64,000 nt of DNA from the IMG/VR virus record IMGVR_UViG_3300043446_005562, positions 188,619 through 252,618 of that record; one strand, given 5' to 3'. A program made the translations under genes and the position numbers. Under the pieces are notes generated by a model. The model searched no databases. It saw only the letters and a program-made list of their open reading frames with translations, and was not told where the DNA came from. Shown piece by piece: positions 1-10,384 of this stretch; within the stretch, counting starts at the first letter, position 1; the number at the start of each line of letters is the position of its first letter.

Positions 1-119
1 ATACCATCTACTCAAGCAATCAAATCAATGAATTTAACAGCGATTTCTATCAAATCGAGAGCACGTATTATACCTTCATAATGTAAAACTTAAAGGGTTT
101 TTTAGGTAAAATACTTGTA

Positions 120-566
120 ATGGAAGAACTTACACCCCAACCAAAAAGAACGATCGCCGAGGTCTTTCGTAGCAAACGAGAGGATTATTCCGGCGAAATT
201 TATACTGGCATTAAGTTATTGGAAAACGTTCGCAAGATTCCAGAGGCCCAAGTGACATTTTTAAGTCTCAGACAGCGAATCTTAGAAGAAAATCACACTC
301 TGATTGAGCACTTTACCAATTTAAAAAAGAGCTATCGTGAAAAAAAGGGTGAGGAATGGATTGAGGCCTCAAAGAGCAGCCAGCTACGATTTAATTCCAA
401 CGAAAAGACCACAATCGTGGACGGTAAAACCGCAACGATTAAGGAAAAATTAGAACAGATTGAAAATCAAATCGGCTTCTATTCAGAATCCATAAAAACA
501 ATAGACGCCGTCCTATTTGGGATAAAAACGCGTATTGATGTTCAAAAACTATTGGATGGACATTAA
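120..566 (+). CDS. UvsY-like recombination mediator (putative)
   Basis: 148-aa helical/coiled-coil protein directly upstream of uvsW, a T4-like arrangement; size matches UvsY. Confidence 0.5.
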   Translation: MEELTPQPKRTIAEVFRSKREDYSGEIYTGIKLLENVRKIPEAQVTFLSLRQRILEENHTLIEHFTNLKKSYREKKGEEWIEASKSSQLRFNSNEKTTIVDGKTATIKEKLEQIENQIGFYSESIKTIDAVLFGIKTRIDVQKLLDGH

Positions 567-581
567 AATTATCCAACATGA

Positions 582-2111
582 TTGTTAACTTTTAAACTTG
601 CTTCAGATAAACAGCATTTACAGCTAATAAGCCACGATACCAAAGGCGAATTAAAGGATTTGCAACTCTATTTTAGAAAGAGACAAAAAGGCTATCACTT
701 TAATAAACTATATCAACGTAAGCTGTGGGACGGTTACGATAAATTCATTGATAAGGACCTAAAAATCGGCGTGGGTCTTTGGAAAGAGATCTTGAATTTC
801 GGTAAGAAATACGAATACGAAATTAATATTGACGGTCTCGACAATCTCTTAAATCTATCATTTACCAAGGATCAATTGGACAAGTTTGCGTCAGTTTTAC
901 TTGATGGGACTGGCATTGACGTTCGCGATTATCAATTGGAAGCGGCTCATCGTGCCCTAAAATACAAGTTCTGTTCTCAAGAGCTTGCAACCTCAGCCGG
1001 AAAGACCTTAATCCTATTTCTATATCTCTCCTTTCTTAAGCGTAAGGGCGTAATTTCCAGAGAAAAAAAGGCGCTAATCGTTGTTCCCAATATTTCGCTG
1101 GTTGGCCAAACCGCTGAGAAATTTGAGAAAGATTACAAAACTGGCCTGCTTGATTGGACCGTTCTGCAAATCGGCGGCTCCAATAAATATTCAGATAAAT
1201 TATTCGAGGACTCGGACCTAGTTATCTCAACCTATCAGAGTCTAAAGAACCGAGACGCTTCATTTTTTGAGAAATTTAGTTGTCTCTGTATTGATGAGGC
1301 TCACACAAGTCGAGGCAATTCAATCCGGGATATTCTGCTTGCCTGTAAGAACGTCGAATACAAATTGGGTCTCTCGGGTACAATTAAAATCGAGGAAGAG
1401 TACTCTGACTTTTTTAAGATTCAGGAATTCTTGGGTCCATTGAGTATGGTGCTCAAGTCTAATTTTCTGATTGAACAGCAACACTCGCCAAATGTCTACA
1501 TCAAGATGCTTTCGCTTCAGTATCCGGAGTCTGAACCGTTCGTTAAGAAGTATCTGGAATTACGTGAGCGTGGCCAAGCTGGTAAGGAACTCTTTACTGC
1601 CGAGCGGGAATTTATTGTATCGTACGAACCTAGAATCAATTTTATTGCGAGCCTATGCAAAAAATTAGAAGGCAATAAGCTCATCCTATTCATTAATGTC
1701 AAGGACCAATACGGTCAGCGAATTTGCGATAAGATCCGGGAAGAGAATCCCAATGCCTACTACATTGATGGAGGCGTTGGCGATAAGGATCGAAGCGATT
1801 ACAAGGAGAACATGGAAAGGGGTCAAGGAGTTGTGCTCATTGCCTCATACGGAACCTTCTCAACTGGTATTGACCTTAAGAACGTGAATCACATTATTTT
1901 TGCGGAGAGCTACAAATCCGAAATCACAATTCGTCAGTCAATTGGTCGAGGCATGCGTAAACTCGCTGGCAAACATCAAGTCGTTGTTTACGATCTCATT
2001 GACGATCTTGATGGCTATATTGTAAAACACGGTCAAGCTAGAGAAAAGATCTACAAGAAGGAACAGTTCATTCTTTCAAAACATTCATTTGATTTGGGCA
2101 AGTTCCTATAA
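582..2111 (+). CDS. uvsW: UvsW-like SF2 DNA helicase
   Basis: RDYQ, ATSAGKT (Walker A), IDEAH, GLSGT and QSIGRGMR motifs; T4 UvsW-like N-terminus (WDG). Confidence 0.9.
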   Translation: MLTFKLASDKQHLQLISHDTKGELKDLQLYFRKRQKGYHFNKLYQRKLWDGYDKFIDKDLKIGVGLWKEILNFGKKYEYEINIDGLDNLLNLSFTKDQLDKFASVLLDGTGIDVRDYQLEAAHRALKYKFCSQELATSAGKTLILFLYLSFLKRKGVISREKKALIVVPNISLVGQTAEKFEKDYKTGLLDWTVLQIGGSNKYSDKLFEDSDLVISTYQSLKNRDASFFEKFSCLCIDEAHTSRGNSIRDILLACKNVEYKLGLSGTIKIEEEYSDFFKIQEFLGPLSMVLKSNFLIEQQHSPNVYIKMLSLQYPESEPFVKKYLELRERGQAGKELFTAEREFIVSYEPRINFIASLCKKLEGNKLILFINVKDQYGQRICDKIREENPNAYYIDGGVGDKDRSDYKENMERGQGVVLIASYGTFSTGIDLKNVNHIIFAESYKSEITIRQSIGRGMRKLAGKHQVVVYDLIDDLDGYIVKHGQAREKIYKKEQFILSKHSFDLGKFL

Positions 2112-2115
2112 AAGC

Positions 2116-2183
2116 GAAAACCTCCCGGATAGCGATATCGAGAGGTTTTCAATAGCCGAGGCTATTACGGCCCTAAGTCCGTA
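2116..2183 (-). terminator. Three contiguous hairpins between convergent genes (terminator and/or small structured RNA)
   Basis: Minus strand: ACGG-acttaggg-CCGT, AATAGC-ctcg-GCTATT, GAAAACCTC...GAGGTTTTC followed by GCTTTT. Confidence 0.55.
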
Positions 2184-2969
2184 TTATCTTTCTTGAATTT
2201 GTTCTATTGCCCATTCGGTGAACCACTTTTGGGCGCTCTGGGCAAATTTCCTAGGTCGTTCGCTAATTTCTCTTAGATCATTCCAAATCTGTTCAGCTCT
2301 AGCCTTTTCTTTTGTCAGCGCTTCGCGTATATGATCCGCGTCCTTTTTAAAGTACTCTAGTTGATCAGGAGTCTCAGCTAGACCGAGTTTAACAAGTCTC
2401 AAGAATTTTGGATCATGCGCAAGCTTAATTAGTTCGGCCCACCAATCTTCATCCTCCTTTGCTTCAGTCTTAGTATCATGATAAGTCATTAGATCATCTT
2501 CAATTGAATTAATAAACGCTTCGCCGCTTACATCGGGCACAATGATCAACCAGCCGCCGCTGTTGCCGCCCCAACCAGTATTTTCAATCCACGAATAGTA
2601 CTCCTGAATATCCTCCTGAAAGAATTCACGCTGATCCTCAATCCAACTCCACCACATGCTGTCCAATTCATCATCACTTAGTTCTTCTTCAGTCATTCCA
2701 ACTCCATGTCGGATTGCATCAAAATCCGGCCATGTATGAATTTTTGCGTCTATTGCAAAGTGATCCTCTCTAAAATTACGGCCTTCCCTATTCCACCAAT
2801 ACTCGTTTTCAAGTTCTCCCCACATGCGCTGAACTTCGTCCATTAGCTCAGGAATTCCTTCTTCAAAATAAAAGTCCTGATAGTCTTGACCGTAATCTCT
2901 AGCCAGAGACATGTCTTGTTCTTGCCATCGACGTATTTCAGTAATAAATTGTGTGAACGTCTTTACCAT
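2184..2969 (-). CDS. Acidic hypothetical protein with N-terminal capsid-targeting-like motif
   Basis: Starts MVKTFTQFITE (cf. T4 internal-protein MKTYQEFIAE); internal RLVKLGL. Confidence 0.6.
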   Translation of the reverse strand: MVKTFTQFITEIRRWQEQDMSLARDYGQDYQDFYFEEGIPELMDEVQRMWGELENEYWWNREGRNFREDHFAIDAKIHTWPDFDAIRHGVGMTEEELSDDELDSMWWSWIEDQREFFQEDIQEYYSWIENTGWGGNSGGWLIIVPDVSGEAFINSIEDDLMTYHDTKTEAKEDEDWWAELIKLAHDPKFLRLVKLGLAETPDQLEYFKKDADHIREALTKEKARAEQIWNDLREISERPRKFAQSAQKWFTEWAIEQIQER

Positions 2970-3334
2970 TATCTACCCATTTTGCTTATTTCTATTGCCT
3001 GTAGTTGTTTGATTGCCTTTTCTCGACTGGGATGAGTTCCCAATACCTTTTTACCACTCTTATCAGTTACGACCCATTTGTTACCGCGCTTAAGCACCTT
3101 TTCATTTAGTGCTTGATATTCAGAAAAACGAATAACTCGATTTTCGGATAGGGCGGGTTCCATTATAGCTTGTGGTTTTGGCTGTTGTATTGAGATGGAC
3201 TCAACCTTATTCACAAGTTCACTAACCTTATCCCTAATCAATTCTAATTTTTGAATTTGATCTTGCGTCAACGATTCATTAGACTCTTCAACAACAAAGA
3301 GATATTCAATAAAAGAATCGAGCTGATTTTCCAT
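2969..3334 (-). CDS. Hypothetical protein with basic C-terminal domain
   Basis: Internal RVIRFSEYQALNE followed by KRGNKWVVTDKSGKKVLGTH; abuts neighbouring ORFs. Confidence 0.6.
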   Translation of the reverse strand: MENQLDSFIEYLFVVEESNESLTQDQIQKLELIRDKVSELVNKVESISIQQPKPQAIMEPALSENRVIRFSEYQALNEKVLKRGNKWVVTDKSGKKVLGTHPSREKAIKQLQAIEISKMGR

Positions 3335-3336
3335 GG

Positions 3337-3945
3337 TTAAATTGATATTTTTGAAGCAATTACCAAGCCAAGTATAAGCTTAGTATAAATTAATTGAAAA
3401 TGATAATAGGTCAAAATGATGGAGTACTCTTCCTTGCTCAGGCTCACCAGACCCTTTTTTAAATTTAGATGACCTAGGTGATTTAGGACGCGAATCATCT
3501 GATTCTTGTCACGAATTAGACTTGCTAAAATCTCGCCCATCGTTGAGTAACTCAAGCTTGTTCGATTGTCCTGAATAAGCCCGCACCAGTCCTCTGCTGC
3601 CTCAACTGCGTCTCGTTTAGCCAGAATGTCCTTTGATTTAAGACCTCGATTTATGGTTTTAAGAATTCGGTCAAGATCCTTGATTTTTGAGGCAACCTCG
3701 CTAATCCAGTAGAGTTCCTGTTCAAAAATAACGATTGCAATATTACTCTTTTCCCGTGTATAGCTAAATTTAATCAGCTTTGGGTCTATTGGTCTAATCA
3801 GAGCAACTTCATCCTCTTCAAATAAAAAGCTAGGAGACTTTGGCATTTCGCCAATCTCTATCTCAAATTCACCAAACGGGAAGTTCTGCAGAAACGGATA
3901 CTTCTTTGTGAGTATCCTAGATTGCTTACTGGGTGAAATTATCAT
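3337..3945 (-). CDS. Hypothetical protein
   Basis: 202-aa ORF downstream of a late-promoter-like AATAAATA (3962-3969). Confidence 0.6.
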   Translation of the reverse strand: MIISPSKQSRILTKKYPFLQNFPFGEFEIEIGEMPKSPSFLFEEDEVALIRPIDPKLIKFSYTREKSNIAIVIFEQELYWISEVASKIKDLDRILKTINRGLKSKDILAKRDAVEAAEDWCGLIQDNRTSLSYSTMGEILASLIRDKNQMIRVLNHLGHLNLKKGLVSLSKEEYSIILTYYHFQLIYTKLILGLVIASKISI

Positions 3946-4011
3946 CCTTGTACTTTTTGGTTATTTATTTGGTACATTAAACCAAAATACTCTTTATTAA
4001 TACAAGACTGC

Positions 4012-5469
4012 ATGCAGAATAATCTCGAACATCAAATCAAGTCACTAGATCTTAAACAGAATGCCATTAAGATCTTGATTAACTCATTTTACGGAGCCTT
4101 CGGTAACCGATATTTCTATTTTCATAACAATGATATTGCGCAGTCAATCACGCTGCAAGGCCAAGACCTAATCAAATTTTCAATTCGTGCGGTGAATCAC
4201 TATTTCACCAATAAGTGGCATCTTGATACCGAATTACACCAAAAATTAGGTATTGCCGGTCGAAGAATAACTCCAATCACAAAAGAGGCCGCAATCTACA
4301 CAGATACTGATTCTGTCTATTTGTGTTTTGACTATGCAATCCAATCGGTTGAGGGTCTGTCCATGACCAATCAAGAGTCCCTAGAATTCTGCTTGGCAAT
4401 CAATCGCCATCGGCTTAAGGAGTATTTTGAACAAGCCTTTGAAAAGTATTCAACTCATTTCAATACGGATAATCGTCAAAATTTCGAGCTTGAGAATCTC
4501 TCCAAGTCTGGCATTTGGCTTGCAAAAAAGAAGTATATCTTAAAGGTATCTTACAAGGACAACAAGCATGAAAAGCTATTAGACAAAGAGTCACTAATCA
4601 TCAAAGGTCTAGAGGCAATTCAGGCATCATATCCAATCTGGGCTAGAAATCACCTGCAGTCTCTCTATTCATATCTATTGGATATTGGATATGCGCTTGA
4701 CCTTGAGAAAGATCTTATTCCAAAACTCTCTGATCTTCGTAAAGAGTGCGATGCTCTCTCAGTCGAAGAGGCATCATTCAACTTTTCAGTACGAGTATAC
4801 GAAGACTACCTAAAAAGTCTGGTTCCATTGGTTATGGAAAAGGGTATGCCGATCTACGGCCGTGCTGCAGCGTATCACAATCACCTAATTAAAAAGAATA
4901 ATAGTCAAAAGTACGCTTTGATTAGAAGTGGTTCAAAGATTAAATTCTATTACGCAGCTCCAAACGAGCATGATTTTGATATCTTTGCCTACGCGCCAGG
5001 CGCCTTTCCCGAAGAGTTGGCTGTGCCGCTTGATCGTGAACAACAGTTCTTTAGATTAATCGTTGAGCCAATCAATAAATTACTTGTTGCAATGGGCTAT
5101 CCTGAATTAACGCCAGGTTTAACTCGTAAGATTGAAATCATTAAGTCAAGAAGTCGTAAGGCTGAGTTCACCGCTGAAGAGACATATCCTCTCTACTCGG
5201 TCAATGCTGAGACCCTTGAATACGCCGAGATTCCAGCAAGCTGTCAAGAATACGTGAGTAATCCTGACCTAAAGGTTCCAGCCGAACTCTTTACCGTTTA
5301 TATTTCAGCAATCTCTAAATTTGGACTAAATACAGTAATTGTGCCAAATCATGAATTGCATAAGTATCGAGAAAGAGTTGCAAAGAAGAAAGGGCTTGAG
5401 ATTGAATTGCCAAAGCCCGAACCCAAACCCAAAAAGACCAAAGCGGTAAAAGAAGTAAATGAAGCGTGA
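4012..5469 (+). CDS. Family B DNA polymerase, C-terminal subunit only (split gp43-like)
   Basis: Motif B KILINSFYG near the N-terminus, motif C YTDTDS, KKKY and KGLE; no exonuclease domain or motif A (SLYP). Confidence 0.85.
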   Translation: MQNNLEHQIKSLDLKQNAIKILINSFYGAFGNRYFYFHNNDIAQSITLQGQDLIKFSIRAVNHYFTNKWHLDTELHQKLGIAGRRITPITKEAAIYTDTDSVYLCFDYAIQSVEGLSMTNQESLEFCLAINRHRLKEYFEQAFEKYSTHFNTDNRQNFELENLSKSGIWLAKKKYILKVSYKDNKHEKLLDKESLIIKGLEAIQASYPIWARNHLQSLYSYLLDIGYALDLEKDLIPKLSDLRKECDALSVEEASFNFSVRVYEDYLKSLVPLVMEKGMPIYGRAAAYHNHLIKKNNSQKYALIRSGSKIKFYYAAPNEHDFDIFAYAPGAFPEELAVPLDREQQFFRLIVEPINKLLVAMGYPELTPGLTRKIEIIKSRSRKAEFTAEETYPLYSVNAETLEYAEIPASCQEYVSNPDLKVPAELFTVYISAISKFGLNTVIVPNHELHKYRERVAKKKGLEIELPKPEPKPKKTKAVKEVNEA

Positions 5470-6580
5470 AGAAGTAGTCTATTTTATTGAAACTCTGCTC
5501 AGAAAGAGATTTCACGATAATCTTGAAAAACAAAAGATCGAGGACGATTCGGATCGCAAGCTTAATTTTGCTTGCCCAATCTGCGGAGACTCTGAGAAAA
5601 AATCTTCAAAGAAGCGTGGTAATCTCTATCTAGACACAGGCGCCTACAAGTGTTTTAACGACGGTTGTATGGCATACATGACGCTTGGCGAGTTTGTTGC
5701 AAAGATGAGTCGCGAGCACGGCATCATGTTGCCAAGCTTTGTGATGGACATTGAGTACAAACCTGCCAGGGTAAAAAGAGATGACAATCAGCTCATCAGA
5801 TTCTTGACATCAGACACTGGCGAATTGGTTAAGATCACCGATATCATAAACAGATTTAGCCTTAGACGACTTGATCAGATTGAGGGCGAGTCTCGTGCGC
5901 TTGACTATATTAAGGGTCGAGACCTCAATCTTATTGAGGATTTTGGCGATTGCCTCTATACGGATCCATCAGACAGTCGAGTCTATATTTTCAACTTTGA
6001 TAAAAAATCCGGTCGAGTGTTGGGATTTTCAATGAGAAGTCTCAATCCAAACGCTGAACGAAAATACATAATCAAATCGTATACCGACCTGGCGACAGTA
6101 TTCATTCAAAAGAACATTTCTAAACAGCTGGTTGAGGATGCCAATTTTTTAAACAACTACTTTAATATCTTGAACGTTGATTTCTCCAAGCCAATTCTAA
6201 TGGCGGAGGGTCAATTTGACTCCCTGCTACTCTCTAACTGTATTGCAACTTCCGGCGTTAGTAAAGCTCGCAGCATTCTTTCAAATCTTGGCGCAAAGAG
6301 CGGAGTTCGAATCATATTCGATAGGGATAAGGCAGGCCGTACTCAAATGATGCAGTTCATTAAGCAGGGTTACTCAATATTTTTGTGGAATAAAGCGCTT
6401 AACGAAATTAAATCAATGTGCGAGAGCGCATCCGAATACATCAGCCTAGCTCACATAAAGGACATAAATGATCTTTTTTCGTTTATTCGTAAAAAGAAGC
6501 CCGATTACACTCTTGAAAAATTTAACTCTTGGATCAATGGTAATTTTAGCGAGACCGTCTACGACATGGTCTACCTATAA
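5459..6580 (+). CDS. DNA primase (T4 gp61-like)
   Basis: NFACPICGDS...KRG...YKCFNDGC zinc finger; EGQFDS and FDRDKAG TOPRIM motifs; KDIND. Confidence 0.9.
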   Translation: MKREEVVYFIETLLRKRFHDNLEKQKIEDDSDRKLNFACPICGDSEKKSSKKRGNLYLDTGAYKCFNDGCMAYMTLGEFVAKMSREHGIMLPSFVMDIEYKPARVKRDDNQLIRFLTSDTGELVKITDIINRFSLRRLDQIEGESRALDYIKGRDLNLIEDFGDCLYTDPSDSRVYIFNFDKKSGRVLGFSMRSLNPNAERKYIIKSYTDLATVFIQKNISKQLVEDANFLNNYFNILNVDFSKPILMAEGQFDSLLLSNCIATSGVSKARSILSNLGAKSGVRIIFDRDKAGRTQMMQFIKQGYSIFLWNKALNEIKSMCESASEYISLAHIKDINDLFSFIRKKKPDYTLEKFNSWINGNFSETVYDMVYL

Positions 6581-6583
6581 ATA
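6576..6583 (+). promoter_or_regulatory. T4-type late promoter TATAAATA
   Basis: Exact T4 late consensus 5 nt before the gp4-gp2-portal cluster. Confidence 0.7.
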
Positions 6584-6588
6584 ACCTT

Positions 6589-7095
6589 ATGAAACCTAAA
6601 GAGACCAAGAGCATTAAGACATTTTTAAAGCCCAGAGCGGGTGCAATTAGACAAGGCTATTTCAAACCGGCAAATCCTAACAAGTATTTAGGGGACCCTA
6701 ACCAGATCATTTTTAGATCAAGCTGGGAATTCAAGTTTTTAAAATGGTGCGATTCAAGCCCAACGATTATTGCCTATTCCTCTGAACCTGTCGGTATTGT
6801 CTACTACAGCCCACTGGACAAGCGTGGTCATACCTATTACGTTGATTTTTACATTGTGACAAAGGACAGTGAAGGTAACGAACAAAAATGGCTTATTGAG
6901 GTCAAGCCCAATAAGTACGTCAAGCCACCGACCGCTCCTGAGCGCATGACCAACAAACAGACTGCAAATTACGTTTATGCAGCCAAGCAGTACATCATAA
7001 ATCAGGCCAAATTTGAAGCGGCCAAGGATTTTGCAGCCCAACGGGGTCTTAAATTCGGCATAATAACCGAAAACTTTCTGTTCAAATCAATATAA
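6589..7095 (+). CDS. Head completion nuclease (T4 gp4-like, TnsA fold)
   Basis: QGYFKPANPNKYLGD...FRSSWE...WCD...YYVDF...IEVKP...NQAKFEAA. Confidence 0.85.
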   Translation: MKPKETKSIKTFLKPRAGAIRQGYFKPANPNKYLGDPNQIIFRSSWEFKFLKWCDSSPTIIAYSSEPVGIVYYSPLDKRGHTYYVDFYIVTKDSEGNEQKWLIEVKPNKYVKPPTAPERMTNKQTANYVYAAKQYIINQAKFEAAKDFAAQRGLKFGIITENFLFKSI

Positions 7096-7104
7096 AAGAC
7101 TATT

Positions 7105-7755
7105 ATGGCAATTAAACTCCTACAAGACTATGTACAGGATGGCATCGTCAAAGATTTTGAACAGCCCGTTCCAAATTACAGATTTGACACGGAAGGAATT
7201 GCCTATAATTTTAGAGCCCTAGCCCCAGGTCATATTTACACCTTTGTTTCGCTTAGGGAGCGCGGAGCAGACGGTCTACCGAGCCTTGACGAATATCAAA
7301 TAAGCCCGACCAAGAGTAAAAAGCCCTATGCTGACAATCGTCCAATCTTTCTTTCGCTTGGTCAGGAAGGTCCAATGGAAATTGGTCTAAACTTGAAACT
7401 GATGCCCATTCAATTAAGAAAAAATTTTATTCGAGTGTACTTAAAGAACACGGTACTACCGGTAATTGAAAATATGGTTGACTCGAAAGACAATTTACCC
7501 GAATTAACTCAAAGACTTAGATCACCAGAAATTAAAAAATTACTCCTGGTGGACAGGCAGTACATTAAGCTGGCTAGCGATCTATCAAGCTTTAATTTTG
7601 AGTTCCTGGTTGATAAATATAACAGAGAAGAGATGAGATTCTTGAAAATGATAGATTGGCCAGCCGTTCCAAAACTTGGAGAATCCGAGTATGTGCAGGA
7701 CAAGACAATTGTTTCCAAGACTCCAATCTCATATTTCTTGACAAAATTTACATAA
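7105..7755 (+). CDS. DNA end protector (T4 gp2-like)
   Basis: PGHIYTF...PYADNRPIF...GLNL pattern; adjacent to gp4 as in T4. Confidence 0.55.
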   Translation: MAIKLLQDYVQDGIVKDFEQPVPNYRFDTEGIAYNFRALAPGHIYTFVSLRERGADGLPSLDEYQISPTKSKKPYADNRPIFLSLGQEGPMEIGLNLKLMPIQLRKNFIRVYLKNTVLPVIENMVDSKDNLPELTQRLRSPEIKKLLLVDRQYIKLASDLSSFNFEFLVDKYNREEMRFLKMIDWPAVPKLGESEYVQDKTIVSKTPISYFLTKFT

Positions 7756-7762
7756 CATATAA

Positions 7763-9454
7763 ATGGCAGGATTCCTAGACAGTAACCCAATGAGATCTTT
7801 AAGATCTAGACTCACAGAGCTGAGTAAGTTTGGTATGAAATACGACGACCTACTGGTTAAAAATTCACAGGCAATAGGCTTTATTGAAGGCCAAATGCGT
7901 TCATCTGGCACATCGTTGGGCGATGATTTAATGAGAGCCACACTAGCTCTATCCGATACAACATCTGCACTAAAGACAAAATCAATTGCCTTTTTTCAAA
8001 TGGACTATATTTCAAAGCGCGAAAGGCTTAGAGATATTGCCTCAAACGGCGAGATTGAATTTGTATTAGAGACAATCACCGACGACTGTATTGTATTCGA
8101 TGATGATAACCGTTTCTGTTATGCAAACGACCTAGTCGGCGAAATCCAGTACATGGGTGCAAACAAAAAGCAACGCCTTGAATTTCAAGAAAAGGTTTTG
8201 ACCAAATACCAAGATACATTTCAAAACATTTACAGCAAATGGGGTTTTGATCAAGGAATCTCGGCTTGGCAGTATTTTTATCAATGGCTGATTGAAGGTC
8301 ATTTGGCATTTGAAATTATCTATGATGATCTGCTAAAACCCACTCAAATTATAGGTTTCAAAGAACTGGATCCAGCATCTCTCTATCCGGAAATGAAAAA
8401 GGATGCTAAGGGATCGCTGATTTTGCAATGGCAACAAAAGGATCCGGTTTCAAAAACCAACCGGACTCTATCTGATTCGCAAATCATCTATATTTCCTAC
8501 TCAAATCACATGCGAACCAAACGAGTTAGTTTTGTTGAGAGACTTGTTCGTTCGTTCAATATGTTACGTATCATTGAGCATTCAAAGGTTATTTGGCATA
8601 CAATGCACGCCCCAATTCGTTTGGTAACAACTGTGCCGATTGGCACCAAATCAATGCAAAAAGCCAAGGAAGACGTTCGCGAATTCACAAATACTCTCAA
8701 GGAGGATATTTACTTCGACGGCGACTCTGGCGAATTAAAGGTTGACGGTAAACCCAATATCCTATTCTATAAAAACTATGTGGTTCCAGTAAATGATCAG
8801 CAACAGCAGGTTAAGATTGAACCGCTAGAATACACCGGTCCAAACCTAGCCGGTTCCGAACTACTGAAGTACTTTCATGAAAAATTAAAAATGGATTCTA
8901 AAATTCCGGGTACTCGATTCGCAGAAGGCGGTGGAGCATTCACCTTGAATTCAGAAGGCATTTCACGAGAAGAAATTCGCTATAATAAATTCATTCAGCG
9001 CTTGCGGTCAGCCTTTAAGGAGCTGATCACAAAGCCTCTCTATCTGCAAATGTGTTTGGACATGAAGGAGTTACAGAATGATCCAAAGTTTGCAAACGCG
9101 GTTGGTGTTAGCTGGTACAATGATAATGTATTTGAAGAGATCAAGACTCAAGATCTTATCAACAAACGTCTTGCAACAGTCAATGCCCTTAAGGCCGTGG
9201 TTGACGATGAAAACAAGCCTTACTTCTCTACCGAATTCTTGATTCGCGAATACTTAAAAATGAGCGATGAAGATATTCAAAAGAACAAGGACTATCAATC
9301 AGTTCAGGCCGGCGAAGCTGAAGAGGCGAAGGGCGGCGGAGCGGGTGGACCTGGAGGAGCGGGAGGCGGCGGCGGTGCAGCAGCAGCTGGTGCAGCGGCA
9401 GCAGAAGGTGGCGGAGAGTTCAAAACTGAGCTTGGAGCTAAGGGCCAATTATAA
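7763..9454 (+). CDS. Portal vertex protein (T4 gp20-like)
   Basis: EIEFVLETI, WLIEGHL, ELDP, ISREEIRYNKFIQRLR motifs; Gly/Ala-rich tail. Confidence 0.85.
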   Translation: MAGFLDSNPMRSLRSRLTELSKFGMKYDDLLVKNSQAIGFIEGQMRSSGTSLGDDLMRATLALSDTTSALKTKSIAFFQMDYISKRERLRDIASNGEIEFVLETITDDCIVFDDDNRFCYANDLVGEIQYMGANKKQRLEFQEKVLTKYQDTFQNIYSKWGFDQGISAWQYFYQWLIEGHLAFEIIYDDLLKPTQIIGFKELDPASLYPEMKKDAKGSLILQWQQKDPVSKTNRTLSDSQIIYISYSNHMRTKRVSFVERLVRSFNMLRIIEHSKVIWHTMHAPIRLVTTVPIGTKSMQKAKEDVREFTNTLKEDIYFDGDSGELKVDGKPNILFYKNYVVPVNDQQQQVKIEPLEYTGPNLAGSELLKYFHEKLKMDSKIPGTRFAEGGGAFTLNSEGISREEIRYNKFIQRLRSAFKELITKPLYLQMCLDMKELQNDPKFANAVGVSWYNDNVFEEIKTQDLINKRLATVNALKAVVDDENKPYFSTEFLIREYLKMSDEDIQKNKDYQSVQAGEAEEAKGGGAGGPGGAGGGGGAAAAGAAAAEGGGEFKTELGAKGQL

Positions 9455-9472
9455 AGCTAATCTAATTTTTTA

Positions 9473-10384
9473 ATGAAATCTAAAGTAACTGTAATAGGTG
9501 GGGCAGGCTTCATCGGGTCTCACCTGGTATCACTCCTGTTAAAGAATAACTATAGGGTAATAGTAATAGATGACTTTTCAACGGGATCACCTGACAATCT
9601 TAAAAATGATCTGGCAAATCCAGATCTTTTTTGTTTTAAATTCGATATTCTAACGGATTCACGGGTCAAATTGGCAACCCTAATCGGCGGCTCAACTCAC
9701 GTGTTCCATCTAGCCGCAAAGACCTCCGTTGAAGAGTCCTTACAGAATCCTCCAAGCTATCTTAAAGCCAATCTTTTGGGAACAGTTGCGGTGGTTGAGG
9801 CAATGAAGCGAGCTAGAATCAAGCACATTATCTTTAGCTCAACCAGTGCAGTATACGGAGAGACCAACTCCTTTCCAACTCATGAAGACTGCACGCCAAA
9901 TCCAATATCACCGTATGCCATGAGTAAACTTATGGCTGAAAATTTCCTAAAGGATCAATCCGATATTTCAAGCGTAAGTTTAAGATATTTTAACGTGTAT
10001 GGAGATCGCCCAAATTTACGTGGGTCGTATCGACCAGTGATGTCAGTTTTCTTGGAAAAATTTGCAAATGGGGAACCTCTACCTATTATAAATGGAGGTT
10101 CGCAAAGTAGAGATTTCATTAACGTTGAGGATGTTGCCCTAGCAAATCTAGCCGCAATGAAAGTTCAGCAAGGTCATGCTCTATTCAATGTTGGGTCGGG
10201 CACAGACTTGAGCATCAAGCTCATAGCCGATTCAATCTCAGCCAATCAAATAGAGGCAGCTCCTCGAGTAGAACCAACTCGTTCACTTGCAGATATTAGT
10301 AAAATTAAAAAAGAATTGGATTGGACTCCAAGAGTAAAATTTGATGAGTGGATTAGTCCTCGTATAGCGCGGCAAACGATCTAA
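9473..10384 (+). CDS. NAD-dependent sugar epimerase/dehydratase (extended SDR)
   Basis: GGAGFIGSH, HLAA, SSTSAVYG, YAMSK, LRYFNVYG, RDFINVEDV. Confidence 0.9.
   Translation: MKSKVTVIGGAGFIGSHLVSLLLKNNYRVIVIDDFSTGSPDNLKNDLANPDLFCFKFDILTDSRVKLATLIGGSTHVFHLAAKTSVEESLQNPPSYLKANLLGTVAVVEAMKRARIKHIIFSSTSAVYGETNSFPTHEDCTPNPISPYAMSKLMAENFLKDQSDISSVSLRYFNVYGDRPNLRGSYRPVMSVFLEKFANGEPLPIINGGSQSRDFINVEDVALANLAAMKVQQGHALFNVGSGTDLSIKLIADSISANQIEAAPRVEPTRSLADISKIKKELDWTPRVKFDEWISPRIARQTI

Noticed and set aside
2160-2190. Twister ribozyme reading of plus-strand CGGCCCTAAGTCCG
   Set aside because: It resembles the twister P4 loop, but the pseudoknot partners and UAA cleavage context were not found.
9300-9454. 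GC-rich GGC/GCA repeats at the end of the portal gene
   Set aside because: Explained by a Gly/Ala low-complexity protein tail.
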